Counted from the first letter of the stretch, positions 25,484-37,943 are shown. The stretch is 64,000 nucleotides of DNA from Scenedesmus sp. PABB004 (GCA_014905635.1 JABVCE010000028.1:186001-250000); one strand, 5' to 3'. A program made the numbers and translations. Notes: generated from the letters alone by a model not told the origin.

Positions 25484-28244
25484 ATGCGCGCCGGGGGGCT
25501 GCTGCTGCTCGCGACCACCCTTTTCGCCATGGCGCTGGTCGCCCAGCGACCGCTCGGCATCGGCCGCGGCCTGCCGGCCCCGCGCCGCGCCCTGCTGGCG
25601 CCGCTGCTGCCGCGAGCCGCCGCCGCCGCCTGGCCGGGCGCCCGCGCCGTGCCGGGCCTGGTACCGGGGCAGCGCCGCACGCCGCCGGCTGCGCCGGCGC
25701 GGCCGCGCGCCCCGCCGCCGCGCGCGGGCGAGGGCGAGGGCGACAGCTCGCCACCACCGCCGCCCGGCGCCGGCGCCAGCGCGGGCGCGTGGCTGCGGCG
25801 GCTGCTGGCGGCGGCGCTGCGCGGCCTGGCGGGGCTGGCGCTGCTCGTCGGCATCGCGCCGTACGTGCTGTCGAGCGCCTGGGGCACTGCGGCGGTCGCG
25901 GGCGCGGCGGGCCGCGTGCTGCCCGGCCGCGTCGCGCTGCGCAAGGTGCAGCTGGGCTGGGGCCAGCCGATCGTGATCGAGGGCCTCGCGGTGCACGAGG
26001 GCCGCGCCCCGGACAGCCGGCAGCTGCTCGGCCTCGAGCGCCTGTCGTCCGCGGGTGCGGCGCACGCCGCGGGGCGTGCGGGGGCCGGCCGCGGCGCCGC
26101 GGCGCGCCAGCGCGGTGCCCAATTGCCGCCGCCGCCGCCGCCGCCGCCACGCCTGCGGCAGAGCCGCTGTACGCCTTGTGCCGGGGCCGGGGCCTCACGG
26201 TGACGCTCGCCGGCCCGAGCGTGGACTGCTCGCTGGACGACGCCAGCGGCGCGCCGCGGCTGCTCACATATGTCAAGGCCGCGCGGCTGGCTAACCTCCT
26301 GCTGCCGCCGCGCGGCCCGCGCCCGCGGCGGCGCGGCCGCGCGGCGGGCCCGGGGGCGCGGCCCCGCCCGGGGGCGGCGTGGCGAGCCACGCCATCCCCG
26401 TGGACGCCGAGTGCAGCGCGTCGGAGGCGGCCGGGGCGGAGGACGGCGGCGAGGGCGCAGGCGCGCGCCCGGGCGGCGGCCTGTCGGCGCTGCGGCACGC
26501 GCTGACGCAGGCAGACGCGGTCGCGCACGTCTCGGCCGAGCTGCGGCTGCCGCAGCTGTCTGTGTACATGCCAGACGCGCAGCTGCTGCTGCCGGAGGAG
26601 GTCAGGTGCGCCCCGCAGGCTCCCCTCTCGCGCGCCGCCGCCGCGCGCTGGGCCCCGCGCACGGCCGGCCGGCTTCAGAGGGCGGGCAGGGGCGCGGGGC
26701 ACCGCGGCGCCCGCCTGCACGTGCGGGCAAGCCCCCGCACCGCCGCACCGCGCTGCCGCCGTCGCCAGGGCCGCTGTCGGCGAGCACATCCATGCGGTGG
26801 CGGCGATCGGGCGGCAGCAGGTGCTGGAGCTGGCGGAGGAGCTTGACGAGGACGTGAGCTGGCTGCAGCTGCAGCAGCAGCAGCCCCCAGCCGGGCCTGC
26901 CCAAGCACAGCGGGACGGGGCGGCCGCCACGCAGCAGGACGAGCAGCAGGGCGAGCAGCAGCAGCCGCTGCCCAGCTGGCCGCTTCCGCCGCCGGGCGTG
27001 GCGGCGCGCGAGTGGCAGCAGGCGCCGCCGGCCATGCTGCAGGTGGGGCGGCCCGCTGCTGCTGCTGCTGCGGGGCGCTGCCCGCTGCGTCGCGCCCACG
27101 CGTGCCGGCGCGTAGGTCTCCGGCGACAACGTGTCGGCCCTGCTGCGCGGCTGGGCGCTGTCGACGCGGAGCTTTGTCCTGCAGCAGCCCGCCACGGCAG
27201 AGTGGTGCTTCACGCCCGAGCTGGCGCGGTGAGCCGCCGGCGGCCGCGCCCCGCGTCGCGGCCGCGCCGCGCTGCGCCGCCGACCCCGCCGCGCCCGCGC
27301 CGTGGCGGCGCCGCAGGCTCACCCTGTCAGTGTTCAACCCGCTGCTGGAGGGCGTGACGGCGCTGCGGGAGCGCGGCAGCGTCGCGACCGCGTTTGCGCC
27401 GGCGGGGGGCCTGCTGCCGGCGCCGCGCGGCCAGGTGCGGCCGGCGGCGGGGGCGCGGCCGCTGGCGCCGGCTGCGCCGAGTCTTGCGCGTACGCGGGGC
27501 GCAGCTGCCTCGGGCGGCGCCACACCGCGCCTCGCCGCGCCACGCCCGCCCCGCGCCGGCGGCGCGGCCAGGCGTCGCTGCATGTCGCGCCGCTGAAGCT
27601 GGTGATGGGCGAGGGGCAGCTGCTGCGGGACATCCAACGCCTGCTGCACATGTCAGAGGTGCGCGGCGGCGCGCGGGCTGCGCCGCGCAGCGCCCCACGC
27701 ATGCCAAGCCCGCCACGCGCCCGCCGCCACGCCCGCCTCGCAGCACGCGGGCCTGCTGCGCCACGGCTGGCTGCCGGGCGGCGCGCCGCGCGGCGTGGAG
27801 GTGTGGACGGGCCCGCTGGTCGTCGACGTCGAGGGCCCCCAGCGCTTCACCACGCGCCGCACCGACATGCTCGTCGGTGCGAGGCGCGCGCTCGGCGCGG
27901 TCAGCGCGCCGCGCCGCCCCTGCGCGGGCGCGGACAGGCGCGCGCGCGTGCGCCGACGCGCCCCGCCGCCGCCGCCGCCGCTGGCGCGCCGCGCGGCAGG
28001 CTCCGGCGGCGCCGCGCTGCACCTCGCGCTGTGGGGCGGCGTCGACCTGGCGGCCGGCGGCAGCCTCGACATGCGGCTCGGGCTGCCCGCGGCGACGCTC
28101 GCGCGCGCCGGCATCCGCGGCCTGGCGCCGAGCTACCTGCTGCCGCTCGCGGTGCGCGGCAAGCTCACGGCGCCGCACGTCGACTGGCCCGCCGCCGCGC
28201 GCAAGCTGGCGGTGCTGTCAGCGATGCAGGTCGGGCGCGGCGCG

Positions 28245-28283
<39 letters not shown>

Positions 28284-28493
28284 GCGGCGCCGCAGCAGGC
28301 GGCGGGCGGCGCGGGCATCCTCGGCGCCGCGACGCGCGCGCTGTCGAGCGCGACCAGCGCCTTTGTCGGCCAGGTTGACCAGCGGCTGCAGGAGGAGCTG
28401 CGCCAGGAGGCGCCGCCGCCGCCGGCGCGGCTGCCGTGGGAGAAGCAGCAGCAGCAGCACCCGCTGGTGCCGCCGCCGCAGGCGGGGCGGTAG
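25484..28493 (+). CDS. AsmA-like (repeating beta-groove) organellar protein with N-terminal anchor, multi-exon
   Basis: Transit-like start (ATG 25484 or 25529); TM LAGLALLVGIAPYVLSSAWG; GRVALRKVQLGWGQPIVIEGLAV; C-terminal HLALWGGVDL..SLDMRLGL and LLPLAVRGKLTAPHVDW, typical of AsmA-family ends. Confidence 0.55.
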
Positions 28494-28868
28494 TGTTGGT
28501 AGCAGTGCCGCCCGGCCAGCAGGGTTCGGCAATCGGTGGACTACGCTCGTCGGCCGTGCGGCGTGCGGTCGCGGAGGTCAGTGCGGGCTGGATTTGGCGG
28601 CGACAGCGCCGGCTGTGGCGTCCCGGAGGGGTTTTGAAAGCAGCTGCGGGCACGGCGCCCTCCCCGGCCGCGTACGCCTCAAGAGATGCTGTCTACGCCA
28701 AACCCACTCGTTCGGGCAGGTCGGCCTGGCCTGGCACCGGCGTTGCGCTACCTGTTCGGCAGTAGTCATCGACCTTTAGCGGCCGCGCGCTCCAGGCGAG
28801 CGCCGCCCGCTGCGGCGGCGCCGCTGCGTGTGATGAGCTCACAGTGCTTCAAGAAATGCTGTCTATAC

Positions 28869-28898
28869 CTTTGTTTCTCTTTGCAAAGAGAAACAAAG
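28869..28898. repeat. Perfect 30-bp AT-rich palindrome
   Basis: CTTTGTTTCTCTTTG followed immediately by its reverse complement CAAAGAGAAACAAAG. Confidence 0.95.
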
Positions 28899-29082
28899 AC
28901 CATTTTGTCTGTTTTTAAAACGCGTTGGTGCGCCCGCGCTCAAACCCCGCCGCGAAACCCTGCCGCCAGTCCCGCCGCCGCTCTCAAAGCGCGCTCAGGG
29001 GCCTCCCCAGCCAAGCTTCCGACCCGTGGCGCACTGAACTGCCAGCCGGACACCAGATCTCCCGCAGACGAGAGCGCTCGCC

Positions 29083-29619
29083 ATGCGGCGCGCGGGAGTG
29101 GCGCTCGCGCTGCTCGCGCTCTTCTCCTGGGTGCACGGGCAGGACCCGAGGCTTCCCGATGAGTTTTCTGAGGCGCACGCGTGCCGGCTCGACGGCGAAG
29201 AGCTGCGGCGGCGCTGGACGAGCTGCAAGATGATGGTGCTGCTCGTGCCGGCCCACCCAAAGCTCATCAAGCCGCACCTCGAGAACATCCTCCAGCACGG
29301 CATCGGCAACCTGACCTCCGAGCAGGTGGGCGGCCGCCTGAGGCGCGGCGGCGCCGGCGGCGGCTGCGCATGCAAACTGCGCGCTGCTGCTGCTTGCGCG
29401 CCGCTGGCGCGCCGTGCCGACCTCGCGCGCCGCCCGTAGGTGAACGGCCTGCTCATGGACTGGGTGCACGTGGACAAGGAGCACCTGGTCGGCTGGCGCG
29501 ACCCCGGCCACGCCGCGCACGCTGCGGTGACCGCCGCCGCGACCGACATGCGCAGCTTCGTTCCCGGCGTCGCCACGCTCAGCTTTGCGATGGCGCAGGG
29601 CCGGTGCGCTGCTGCTGCG

Positions 29620-29660
<41 letters not shown>

Positions 29661-31439
29661 ATGCAGTCGGCAAGCGCGCTGCGGCAGGCGCCAAGCGGCG
29701 CGCGCGGCGCCCCGCCAGCCACCCGCGCGCAGACCTCCCGCCGCCGCCGCCGCCGCCGCCGCGGCCGCCGCCGCGCCGCCGCCACTTCCGCCGCAGGTCG
29801 ATTTGGGTCGACGCCTCACAGCACTGGCAGCAGGCGTCCCACTTCAGGCAGGCCCTGGGGGGCTACTTCAGGGAGGCGTGCCGCTGCTGCGTGTACGATG
29901 AGCCCCTCGAGTGAGCGGCGCGTGTGCACGCGCCTTGCAGGGGGCGTTCTCATCACACGCGCGCCGCGCCTGCCGCCGCCGCGCCGCTTGCGGCCGCAGG
30001 GCGGTGATGAGCCGGTGGCTCAACGTGGAGCCCGCGGTGACGCTCGGGGACGCGTGGCGCAGCGCCGCGGAGGCCGGCGGTCAACCTGCCCATCGAGGCG
30101 ACGACCGCGACGCCGCTGTCCGACATCGACCCCGCCTGGGGCGTGCTCAAGGTCGGCTGGGGCGACAGCGGCACGTGGCCGACCATCACGCTGCCAAGCA
30201 CCGACAACATTGGCACCAAGATGTACTCCCCGTTCTGCGTGGGGCCGCTGTTCTTCGCCGCCCGCAAGGGCTGGGCCATCGCGTTCCCGCGCTCGCACGC
30301 GCGGTTCCTGCCCGAGGTCACCTCGCCGCACCAGTGCAACTGGGGCCTCAGCACGACGGGGCGCCAGACCGAGGGCGGGCGCAGCCACCCCGACCCCATC
30401 CCTGCGGTGGAGCTGCCCTCGCTGCGCGACGGTGCGGGGTCGCGGCGGACGGACGGGGCACGGCGGCCGCGCGCGGGCAGCGCGCGGGCAGCGCGCGGGC
30501 AGCGTGCAGCCGGCAGCGGGCCGCCGCCAGCGACGGGCAGCGGGCTCACACTCTCGTGGCGTCCGTAGGCGCCCCGTCTGACGCCAAGGCGCGCGCTGAG
30601 GCGCCGGACGGCATCCTGGGCTTTGGCGACGAGCCTGGCGAGCTCGGTGCCCTGTGGCACCACCACCACAGCGCCTGCCGCTGCGGCCCGTGCGACGAGG
30701 GCCGCGCGCCGCCGCCGCGCGACCCCCTGGCGGCGCTGCGCGCGGCCGCCAAGGTCGGCGTGGCGGCGCCGGGCGCGCTGTGGCTCGACGGCGCGGCTGC
30801 AGGCGTTGGCCTCCTGGTCGCGGCCGGCGAGCTGGACCTGGCGTCCAAGTGGTGCGTCGACCGCGTTGCCAGCGGCGTCGTGCACTGCCGCTGCGAGCGC
30901 AGCACCGCCGTCTGCACTGCCAACCTGCGCCTGGTGCCGCTGCTGTGGCCCGGCCGCGCCGAGCCGGTGTTCTGGGTGCACCAGGCCGCCGTGCACTCCC
31001 GCCACCCGCTGCCCGGTGTGCGTGGGTCGGCGTGAGCTGCGGCGCGTGCGGCGGGCCTTGACGCGCGGCGGCGCGCCGCGACGGTGCAGCTCAACGCCCG
31101 CACGCCGCTCCTGCAGACCTGCCCGACGCCGCGGCGTCGTCACGCATGCTACTGGAGCGCGTGTCCGAGGACTGGGAGGCGTCCTTTGCGGCCAGCGCAC
31201 TGGAGACTGGCCTCGCGCTCTTTCCCGGCGACGACGCGGCGCTGCGCGAGGCCGCCGGCGCCGCGCCCGATGCGCTGCGCGCGGCGCTTGCGCAGTCGGC
31301 GGGGCGCGCAACGTTTGCGGCCCGCGTCTTCCCAGCGGTGGCACACCTGCCGAGCGAGGCCGCGCGCGGCAAGGTCGCCGAGGCGCTGCGCCTGCTGGAG
31401 GCGCGGCTCGCGCAGAACCGCGCCGGCGCCGCCGAGTAA
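29083..31439 (+). CDS. Uncharacterised secreted Cys/His/Trp-rich protein, multi-exon, with a frame ambiguity near 30000-30075
   Basis: Signal peptide MRRAGVALALLALFSWVHG. Coding-like exons joined by GT-AG introns; last exon starts at ~31117 (DLPDAAASSRMLLERV) and ends with TAA at 31439. Confidence 0.6.
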
Positions 31440-31683
31440 CACGCGTGCCTGCTCGCTCTCTAAGGCGTCGTCTGTGCAGCCCACCGCCCGATCAGCGGCC
31501 CGTTGGCGCGTCAGGCTGCGCCAGCGCGACCGCTGCAGCAGTTCAAACGCGCCGCTGCTCCCGGTCCGCCGCTCTCGTCGCCCTTGGGACTGGGCGTGGG
31601 CCGGACGACGCCGTGGGAGAGTTTCTGGCTCGTCTGGTTGGCGCGGGTCGCGCTGATCAGCGCCTGAGCGCCCGGCCGGCGAC

Positions 31684-33671
31684 ATGTTCGCGGACGCGCC
31701 GCTGCAGCTGTGCCCGGGCACCGACCTGGACAGCGTCCTGAGCGACGGGCTGCTGCGGGTACGCCCGTGCACGCTCGCTCGAGCGAGCGCGCCGAGCTCG
31801 GCGCGCGGCGCCGCCTGCGCGCGCCGTTCACGCGCCGCCCGCGCAGCGGCAGCGCGCCGGCAGCGCTGCGCGGCGGCGCGCGGCGCCAACCCCTGATCAC
31901 CCTGCCTCCGCCGGCGGCGGCGCGCGTGTGCAGGACATGCAGCTAGGCGACAACGAGGCTCACTTCCAAGAGCTTATGAAGAAGGTCGCCGACGCCGACG
32001 AGGTGCGCGGGCCAGCGCCTAAGTGTGCACTTGCAGGACGGCCCCTAGGCGGCACACTCACACCGTGGGCGCTCACACTCTGCGCCGTCGCCGCAGCCGG
32101 CCTCCGCGCCGCCGCTGGGCGCGCGGCCGCTGGGCGCGCGGCCGCTGGGCGCGGGCGGGCAGATGGCGGCGGCGCCGCAGGCGGCGGCGGCCAACGCCGC
32201 CGCCGACGCTGCCGCGGCGGGCGCGCCGGGCGCCTGGCCGGGGCGCTGGCCTCCGGAGCGCGCTGGGCAGGTTGCGGCCGAGCTGGAGCCGCAGCCGCAG
32301 GCGCAGCCGCCGGCGTCGCAGGCGGGCGGCCTGGCCGCGCTCGGCGTCAGGCTCCTGGCCGGCCCGCCGGTGGCGCGCCGGGGCCGCGGCTCCGCGCCGC
32401 CGGCGTCGCAGGCGGGCGGCCTGGCCGCGCTCGGCGCCATGCCGGCGCAGCCGCGCGCGACCACCAGCAGCCGCTACAACGGCGTCTATTGGAGCAAGCA
32501 GAAGCAGCGCTGGCAGGCATCCATCAACTTCGGCGGCAAGTGAGTGCCGCGCCGTGCGCCAGCGGGCGGGCGCCCGCCGGCCGCGCAGGCGCCCCGGCCC
32601 GGCGCGAAGCGCTGCACGCCCGCGCCGCCGCCCCGCGCCGGGCGCAGGTACCTCTACCTGGGGAGCTTCCGGCGCGAGGAGGACACGGCGCGCGCGTTTG
32701 ACCTCGCGGCCCTCAAGCTGCGCGGCACGCACAGCTCAACCAAGGTCAACTTTGATGTCGCGACCTACCTTGACACCGCCGGCGAGGTGCGCCCCGCGTC
32801 GCGGCACACGCCCCCCACCACCCGCGCTTGCGCGCGTGCGGCGCGTGCAGCCCCGCTCGCCCCTGCGAAGCGATCGCTCGCGAGCGCCGCCCGTCGGCGC
32901 GCCTGCCGTCCGCGCTCGCCCCACCGTCAGGTCGTCGCTGACGAGGCGCTGGACGCGATCATCGCCAAGCACGCGAGCAAGGCCGCCGGCACGGGGCCCC
33001 GCGCCGCCGCGACCGGGATGAAGCGCAAGCGGGACGACAGCTTGCCTGGCGCCACGGGCGACCCGCTGCGGGCGAGCGTCGGCGCGGCGGCGGCCGCCGC
33101 GGCGGTCCCGCAGCAGGAGCGCGCTGCGACGGAGCAGGCGCGGCGCGCGCGTGTGCAGCTGGGCGACGTCGCCAGCGACGGGCTGCAGGTGCGCCCGTGC
33201 GCACTCACCCGGCGCGCCGCGCCGCCCGCGCGGCGCTACAAGCGCCACGCCGCCCGCACGCGGCAGCGCTGCGCGGCGGCGCGCGACGCAAACCCTGATC
33301 AGCCTGCCTCTCACCGCTCGCGCGCGCGCGTACGCCGCCGCCAGGTCGCTGCCAGCGAGGCGCTGGACGCGGAGCAGCACCGGCTCAAGCGCTCGGAGCA
33401 GGAGGAGAGGCCCATGGCGGCCGTCACCGGGCCGGCGGCCGGGCTGCGGTCGCGCTCGGTGAAGCCCGACATCCTTGAGGCGCTGTCTGCCTGGTGCCCG
33501 GCGTACGCCGGCAACCGCAACCTGTACGGCGTGACGCCTGGTGACATCGACGCTGTGTTGCTTCAGCTGAGCTTGGTGCCGCGCGAGGGTGGCCGCGCGC
33601 CGCCGGCAGCGGCGGCGCTGCCGGGCGGCGAGGGCGGCGAGGCCGGCGTGGGCGAGAGCGCGCTCAAGTGA
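31684..33671 (+). CDS. AP2/ERF domain transcription factor, multi-exon (may extend to 33939 via an AA|GTGAGT donor)
   Basis: SSRYNGVYWSKQKQRWQASINFGGK|YLYLGSFRREEDTARAFDLAALKLRG..VNF; NLS-like MKRKR. Confidence 0.85.
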
Positions 33672-34301
33672 GTGCGCAGTGCCGCATGCCGCATGCCGGC
33701 GAGGCTATGTGCGCGCCGGCTGAGGGCGCTGTGTGCTGGCCGGCGCCGCTGGCAGCGGGTCTCTGTATGCTGGCCGGCGTGTGTTCACTGATGAGGAACC
33801 ACTCCCCCCCGCTCATAGGCAGTGCGGCGTGCGACCGATGCGGCTCCTGGAGCTCGGGGTGACCTGCGCCATAGTGCGGCAGCGAATGCTAATCTGGGTT
33901 ACAGGAGCCGACTGCCGCCTGCTGCGGCTCTGCCGCTGAATGTGATGAGTTGATCATGCGACAAAGAAGCGCTGCCAGCGGCGCCAGCCCCGGCGGACGG
34001 CCGGGGCGGCGACTGCAACCTGCACGGCAAGAGTGAGCTGCGCCGCGGCGCCCGCGCGCTTGCCCCGCACGCTCCTTGGCGGCGCCCCGCCCGCCGCGCA
34101 GTTCCAAAAGCTGCGCGGACCACAGGCGGCTGCAGACCCCGCGAGCTGACCGTCCCGCGCTGCTGCCGACCCCGGCACCAGGCCCCCCGCGCCCAGCCAG
34201 CCGCAGAGACCGCAGGCCCGCGTCGGCAGCTGTACAGCGTCTGCGAGCTCAGCCGTACGGGCCTCGCCGGCAGCTGTGCAGCGAGCTCAGACCGCCGCGT
34301 G

Positions 34302-35579
34302 ATGTGCTGGGCGGGCGACCGCATGGCAGGCGAGGCGTGCCTTCCCAGCCCCGCCCAGGTGCTGGACAGCCCCGCCCACGCCGGACAGGCAGGCGCCGCG
34401 CGCGAGGAGCCTGCCAGCGCGCCGCCGGGCAGCGGCAGCGCGGCCTCGCCGGGCGGCGGCGGCTGTACCGGCGGCGAGCCCGCCGCGGCGTCCGGCGGCG
34501 ACGGCCCGTGCAGCAGCCCCACTGCTGCAAGGGTCAGCTCCAAGTTCCGGGGGCTGTGCTGGGACAAGAAGCACCGCGCGTGGCGCGTGCGCATCTTTTA
34601 CCAGGGCAAGCAGCGCCACGTCGGGCGCTTCAAGAGCGACACCGCCGCGGCGCGCGCGTACGACAAGGCCGCCGTGTACCTCTACGGCGCCAAGGCCATC
34701 CTCAACTTCAGCTTGGAAGAGACGCTGGCCGACCCCCTGGAGGTCTCCAGCTTCATCGCCGCGGCCAAGGGCGCCGCCGCGGCGGCCGGCTCGAGCTCGC
34801 CCCCGCGCGGCGGCGCCGCGGGCGGTGGCCACGGGCCCGCCGCGGCGCAGCGCGCGGCCGCGCCCACCGGCGCGGGCGCGCGCCCCGTCGGCTGGGCGGC
34901 GGGCGCGCCGGCGCGGCCGTGCGTGCTGGCGAGCTGGCAGCAGCACGCGGGCGTGGTCGCAGGCGGCGGCCTGGCGCACGACTGGCTGCTCGCGCAGCTG
35001 CAGCAGCCCGCCCCGGCGACGGCCGCGCCGGACGTCGGCGCCGCGGCCCTGCAGCGGGCGGTGCCGGGCAGCGGCGTGTATGTGAGCAGCGCGTGCAGCA
35101 GCCCCGGCCAGGGCCTGCCCCTCGCCGCGGCCTGCGCGGCCGGCTCGCCGATCGGCGGCGCGGCGCAGCACCTGCCGCTGCTGCCGCTGCAGGGCCGGCA
35201 GCTGGTGCTGCTGCAGGCGCCGCCGCTGCCGGGCTCGGCCGACGGCGCGGGCATGGCCGCGCTGGCCGGCGGCCAGCAGCAGCTGCAGGCGCACCAGCTG
35301 GCGTGCGGCAGCGCCGCCCTCCCGGCCCCCGCGTGCTGCCCGGCGGCCGCGGCGGCGGAGCCGCAGCTCCTGGCGCACCAGCTGGCGTGGGCCAGCGCCG
35401 CGTTCCCTCTGGGCCCGGCGGCGTCTGCGAGCATGCAGCTGCATGTGCCGCCCGCCGGCCTGCAGCAGGCGTACGCGTTTGACGCCCCCGCGAGCGTGCC
35501 CAGCAGCTGCGGCGCGGTCTTTGACCTGCAGGCATGCAGCGTCATCCTGGACCCCTGGTCGCCCCACCGGTGGGGCTGA
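34302..35579 (+). CDS. AP2/ERF domain transcription factor, intronless
   Basis: SSKFRGLCWDKKHRAWRVRIFYQGKQRHVGRFKSDTAAARAYDKAAVYLYGAKAILNF; start at 34302 or 34323. Confidence 0.88.
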   Translation: MCWAGDRMAGEACLPSPAQVLDSPAHAGQAGAAREEPASAPPGSGSAASPGGGGCTGGEPAAASGGDGPCSSPTAARVSSKFRGLCWDKKHRAWRVRIFYQGKQRHVGRFKSDTAAARAYDKAAVYLYGAKAILNFSLEETLADPLEVSSFIAAAKGAAAAAGSSSPPRGGAAGGGHGPAAAQRAAAPTGAGARPVGWAAGAPARPCVLASWQQHAGVVAGGGLAHDWLLAQLQQPAPATAAPDVGAAALQRAVPGSGVYVSSACSSPGQGLPLAAACAAGSPIGGAAQHLPLLPLQGRQLVLLQAPPLPGSADGAGMAALAGGQQQLQAHQLACGSAALPAPACCPAAAAAEPQLLAHQLAWASAAFPLGPAASASMQLHVPPAGLQQAYAFDAPASVPSSCGAVFDLQACSVILDPWSPHRWG

Positions 35580-36374
35580 GAGCGCTGGCGGCCAAGCTGT
35601 GCAGGAGTCCGAGGAGACCTTGCGCTCTGCAGGTCAACGGCGCTGCGTCGTGCGCGCACCGACTGAGAACCCAACCCCGCGCATGCCGCGTGATTGTGCT
35701 GACCTCACTGCCCCAAGCTGTTGGTGGTGGACTGCATTCGCGCCCCCCTGAGAGGGAGGCGTTGACGGGTGGACGCGGGGCGGACTACTGAATGGACGTG
35801 CCTCACTGACACACGTACAAGCGCGACCGGCCGTGTTGGCAGCGGCCCTGTTGCCGACGATTGCTGCCGCCGGCCGCGGCGCGGCCGTGCCCTGTGCGCA
35901 CGTGCACGCGGCTGAACGCGCGTCCCCACACTGCCGGCCCCCGTGGTTGCTGAAATGTCATGGCGCGCGTTCGCTGGGGAGAGCTGTGAGCTGCTGGTGG
36001 CCCAGGGCTGCACGCGGGGGTGTTGCTGTGGTCATGCACGGATGGCGGTGGACTGCCCTCCAGAGAAACACTGGCGCCTGCAACACTTGGTCCGTAGTAG
36101 TGCAGTCGAGCTCAACTGTACTATCGAGCTCGGCTGTACCTCGAGGTTGGTTTGCGCCTGCGTTATCAATGTTGTCAACGGTGCACGCTCACGCGTCCTT
36201 TGCTGTCTGCAGGCGGGCGGCTGGCCGGCCTGGCCTCAAGCGGGGGCGCTGAAGAACTCTCGGTCAAGCTCAAGCCGAGCTGGCGGAACGCGCGGGGCGG
36301 AAGAGACAGTTGTTACTGGAGATCTGGCCATTGGCGTAAGAGAAACGGTGTTGCATTGCAGCCCACTGCCAAAG

Positions 36375-37741
36375 CTAGCCGCCGCCGTCGTTGCCGCCGC
36401 GCGGCGCCCGGGCGGCGCTGCCGCGCTCCACCACGATTCCCTTGGCGACCAGCGCCGGCCGCAGCGCCGCCACCAGGGCCTCCGGCTCCAGCCTGCGCGC
36501 GGCGCGGCGCGGCGTGGCCCGGTCGCGCGGCGCCGCCGTGGGCCGGCGGCGCGGGCGGGCGCCGCCGCTGCTGCACCGCCGCGCCCGCGCCCGCACCGTT
36601 CGATCAGCAGGAACGGCACGCGCGCGTTGGCGGCGGCGGCGCGGTGCTGCGCGAGGCTGACCGCGCGGCCGTTGTCCCACGCCGCCTTGGCCAGCACGCA
36701 GCCGGCCTTGCGCATGAGGTTGGTGAGCCGCACCACGTGTCCCAGGCCTGCCCGCGCGCCGTGGGCGGCGGCGGCGGCGGCGGCACGGCGCGTGGGCTGG
36801 CGCGGCGGGGGCGCGCAGCGCGGATCCCCCTGGCGGCGGGCGCTGCCCGCGTGCCCCCCCCCCCCCCCCCCCCGCGCCCCGCCCCGCGCCGCGCCCGGCC
36901 CGCCCGGGCGTCACCTGCGTCGGCGATGAGGGCGTCCATGGCATCATACACGTAGCCGCCGCCCTTGAACACCACCAGGCGGCGCCGCGGCGGCGGCATC
37001 GCGCGCAGGACCTGCGGCGCGGCGCGGCCGCGGCCCGCGGCGCGGCTGGCGTCGCGGCGCGGCCGGCGAGCGCGCCGGCGCCGGCGCCGCCACCAGCCGC
37101 GCGCGCACCTCGAGCAGCGCCTCGGGCTCGTCGGGCGCGACGGGCGGCGGCGCGGGCGGCGCGCTCGCCGCCGCCGCGAGCGGCAGCACCCACAGCCCCC
37201 GCGGCATGCCGGCGCGCATGAAGGCGCGGCCGGGGTCGGCCTGCGGCCTGGGATGCCCGGCCGCCGCCTCCGCCTGCGGCCTCGCAGCGGCGGTGGGCTT
37301 GCTCGGCCGCGCCGCCGCGGGCCGCGCCGGCTCCGCCGGCCCCGCGGCCGCACCGGCCGCGCTCGGGCGCTGCGGCTGCTGCCGCGACGGCGCGACGGGC
37401 TGCTCCGCCAGGTCCGAGCGGCGCTGCTGCTTGCGTAGCCGCGCCGGCGCGTTGGTGGCGGGCGGCAGGTCGGGCCGGTGCGGCGCCACGGCGTAGCCGG
37501 GGCCCGGCACGGCGGCGCCGGCTTCGCTGCTGCTGCCGTTGCTAGCGCCGGCGCCGCGTGCGGTGCCGTCGCTCGAGCTCCCTCCTGGTGCGCCGTCCCG
37601 TGACAGGCCGGCGCCCTCGTTTCGCGCGGCGGTCCGCAGACAGCGCCTCGGGCGCGGCCTGGGGGCGGCGCGGGCGCAGAGGCACGGGGCGCTGCTGCTG
37701 CCGCGCCCGGCGCGCGCACGAGCGCCCGTGGTCGACGCCAT
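36375..37741 (-). CDS. Probable plastid protein with a small alpha/beta domain resembling the C-terminal region of Ycf45/SpoIIIAA-like ATPases, 4 exons
   Basis: Transit-like MASTTGARAR; spliced RLVVFKGGGYVYDAMDALIADA|GLGHVVRLTNLMRKAGCVLAK...ARVPFLLIE|RLEPEALVAALRP. The family call is from recalled pattern only. Confidence 0.5.
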
Positions 37742-37943
37742 GCTGCTGGCTGTTTGCGGTGCGGGACGGGCGGCTGCACGGAGGTGCTGTGCGGCCGCAC
37801 GCTGCGGTTTTGCAACGCACACCGCGTCGCGCCGCGGCGCGGCGGGCACAGCACGCGCGGTCGTCTGGAGGCCCGCGCGGCTCGCGAGGGCCTCCGCCGC
37901 GCCGCAGCCGGGTCTGTCGCAGCGGTCCAGACCCCCGCCGCGC

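Noticed and set aside
33785..33825. CTGATGAG hammerhead-like core
   Set aside because: It lacks the GAAA element and flanking stems.
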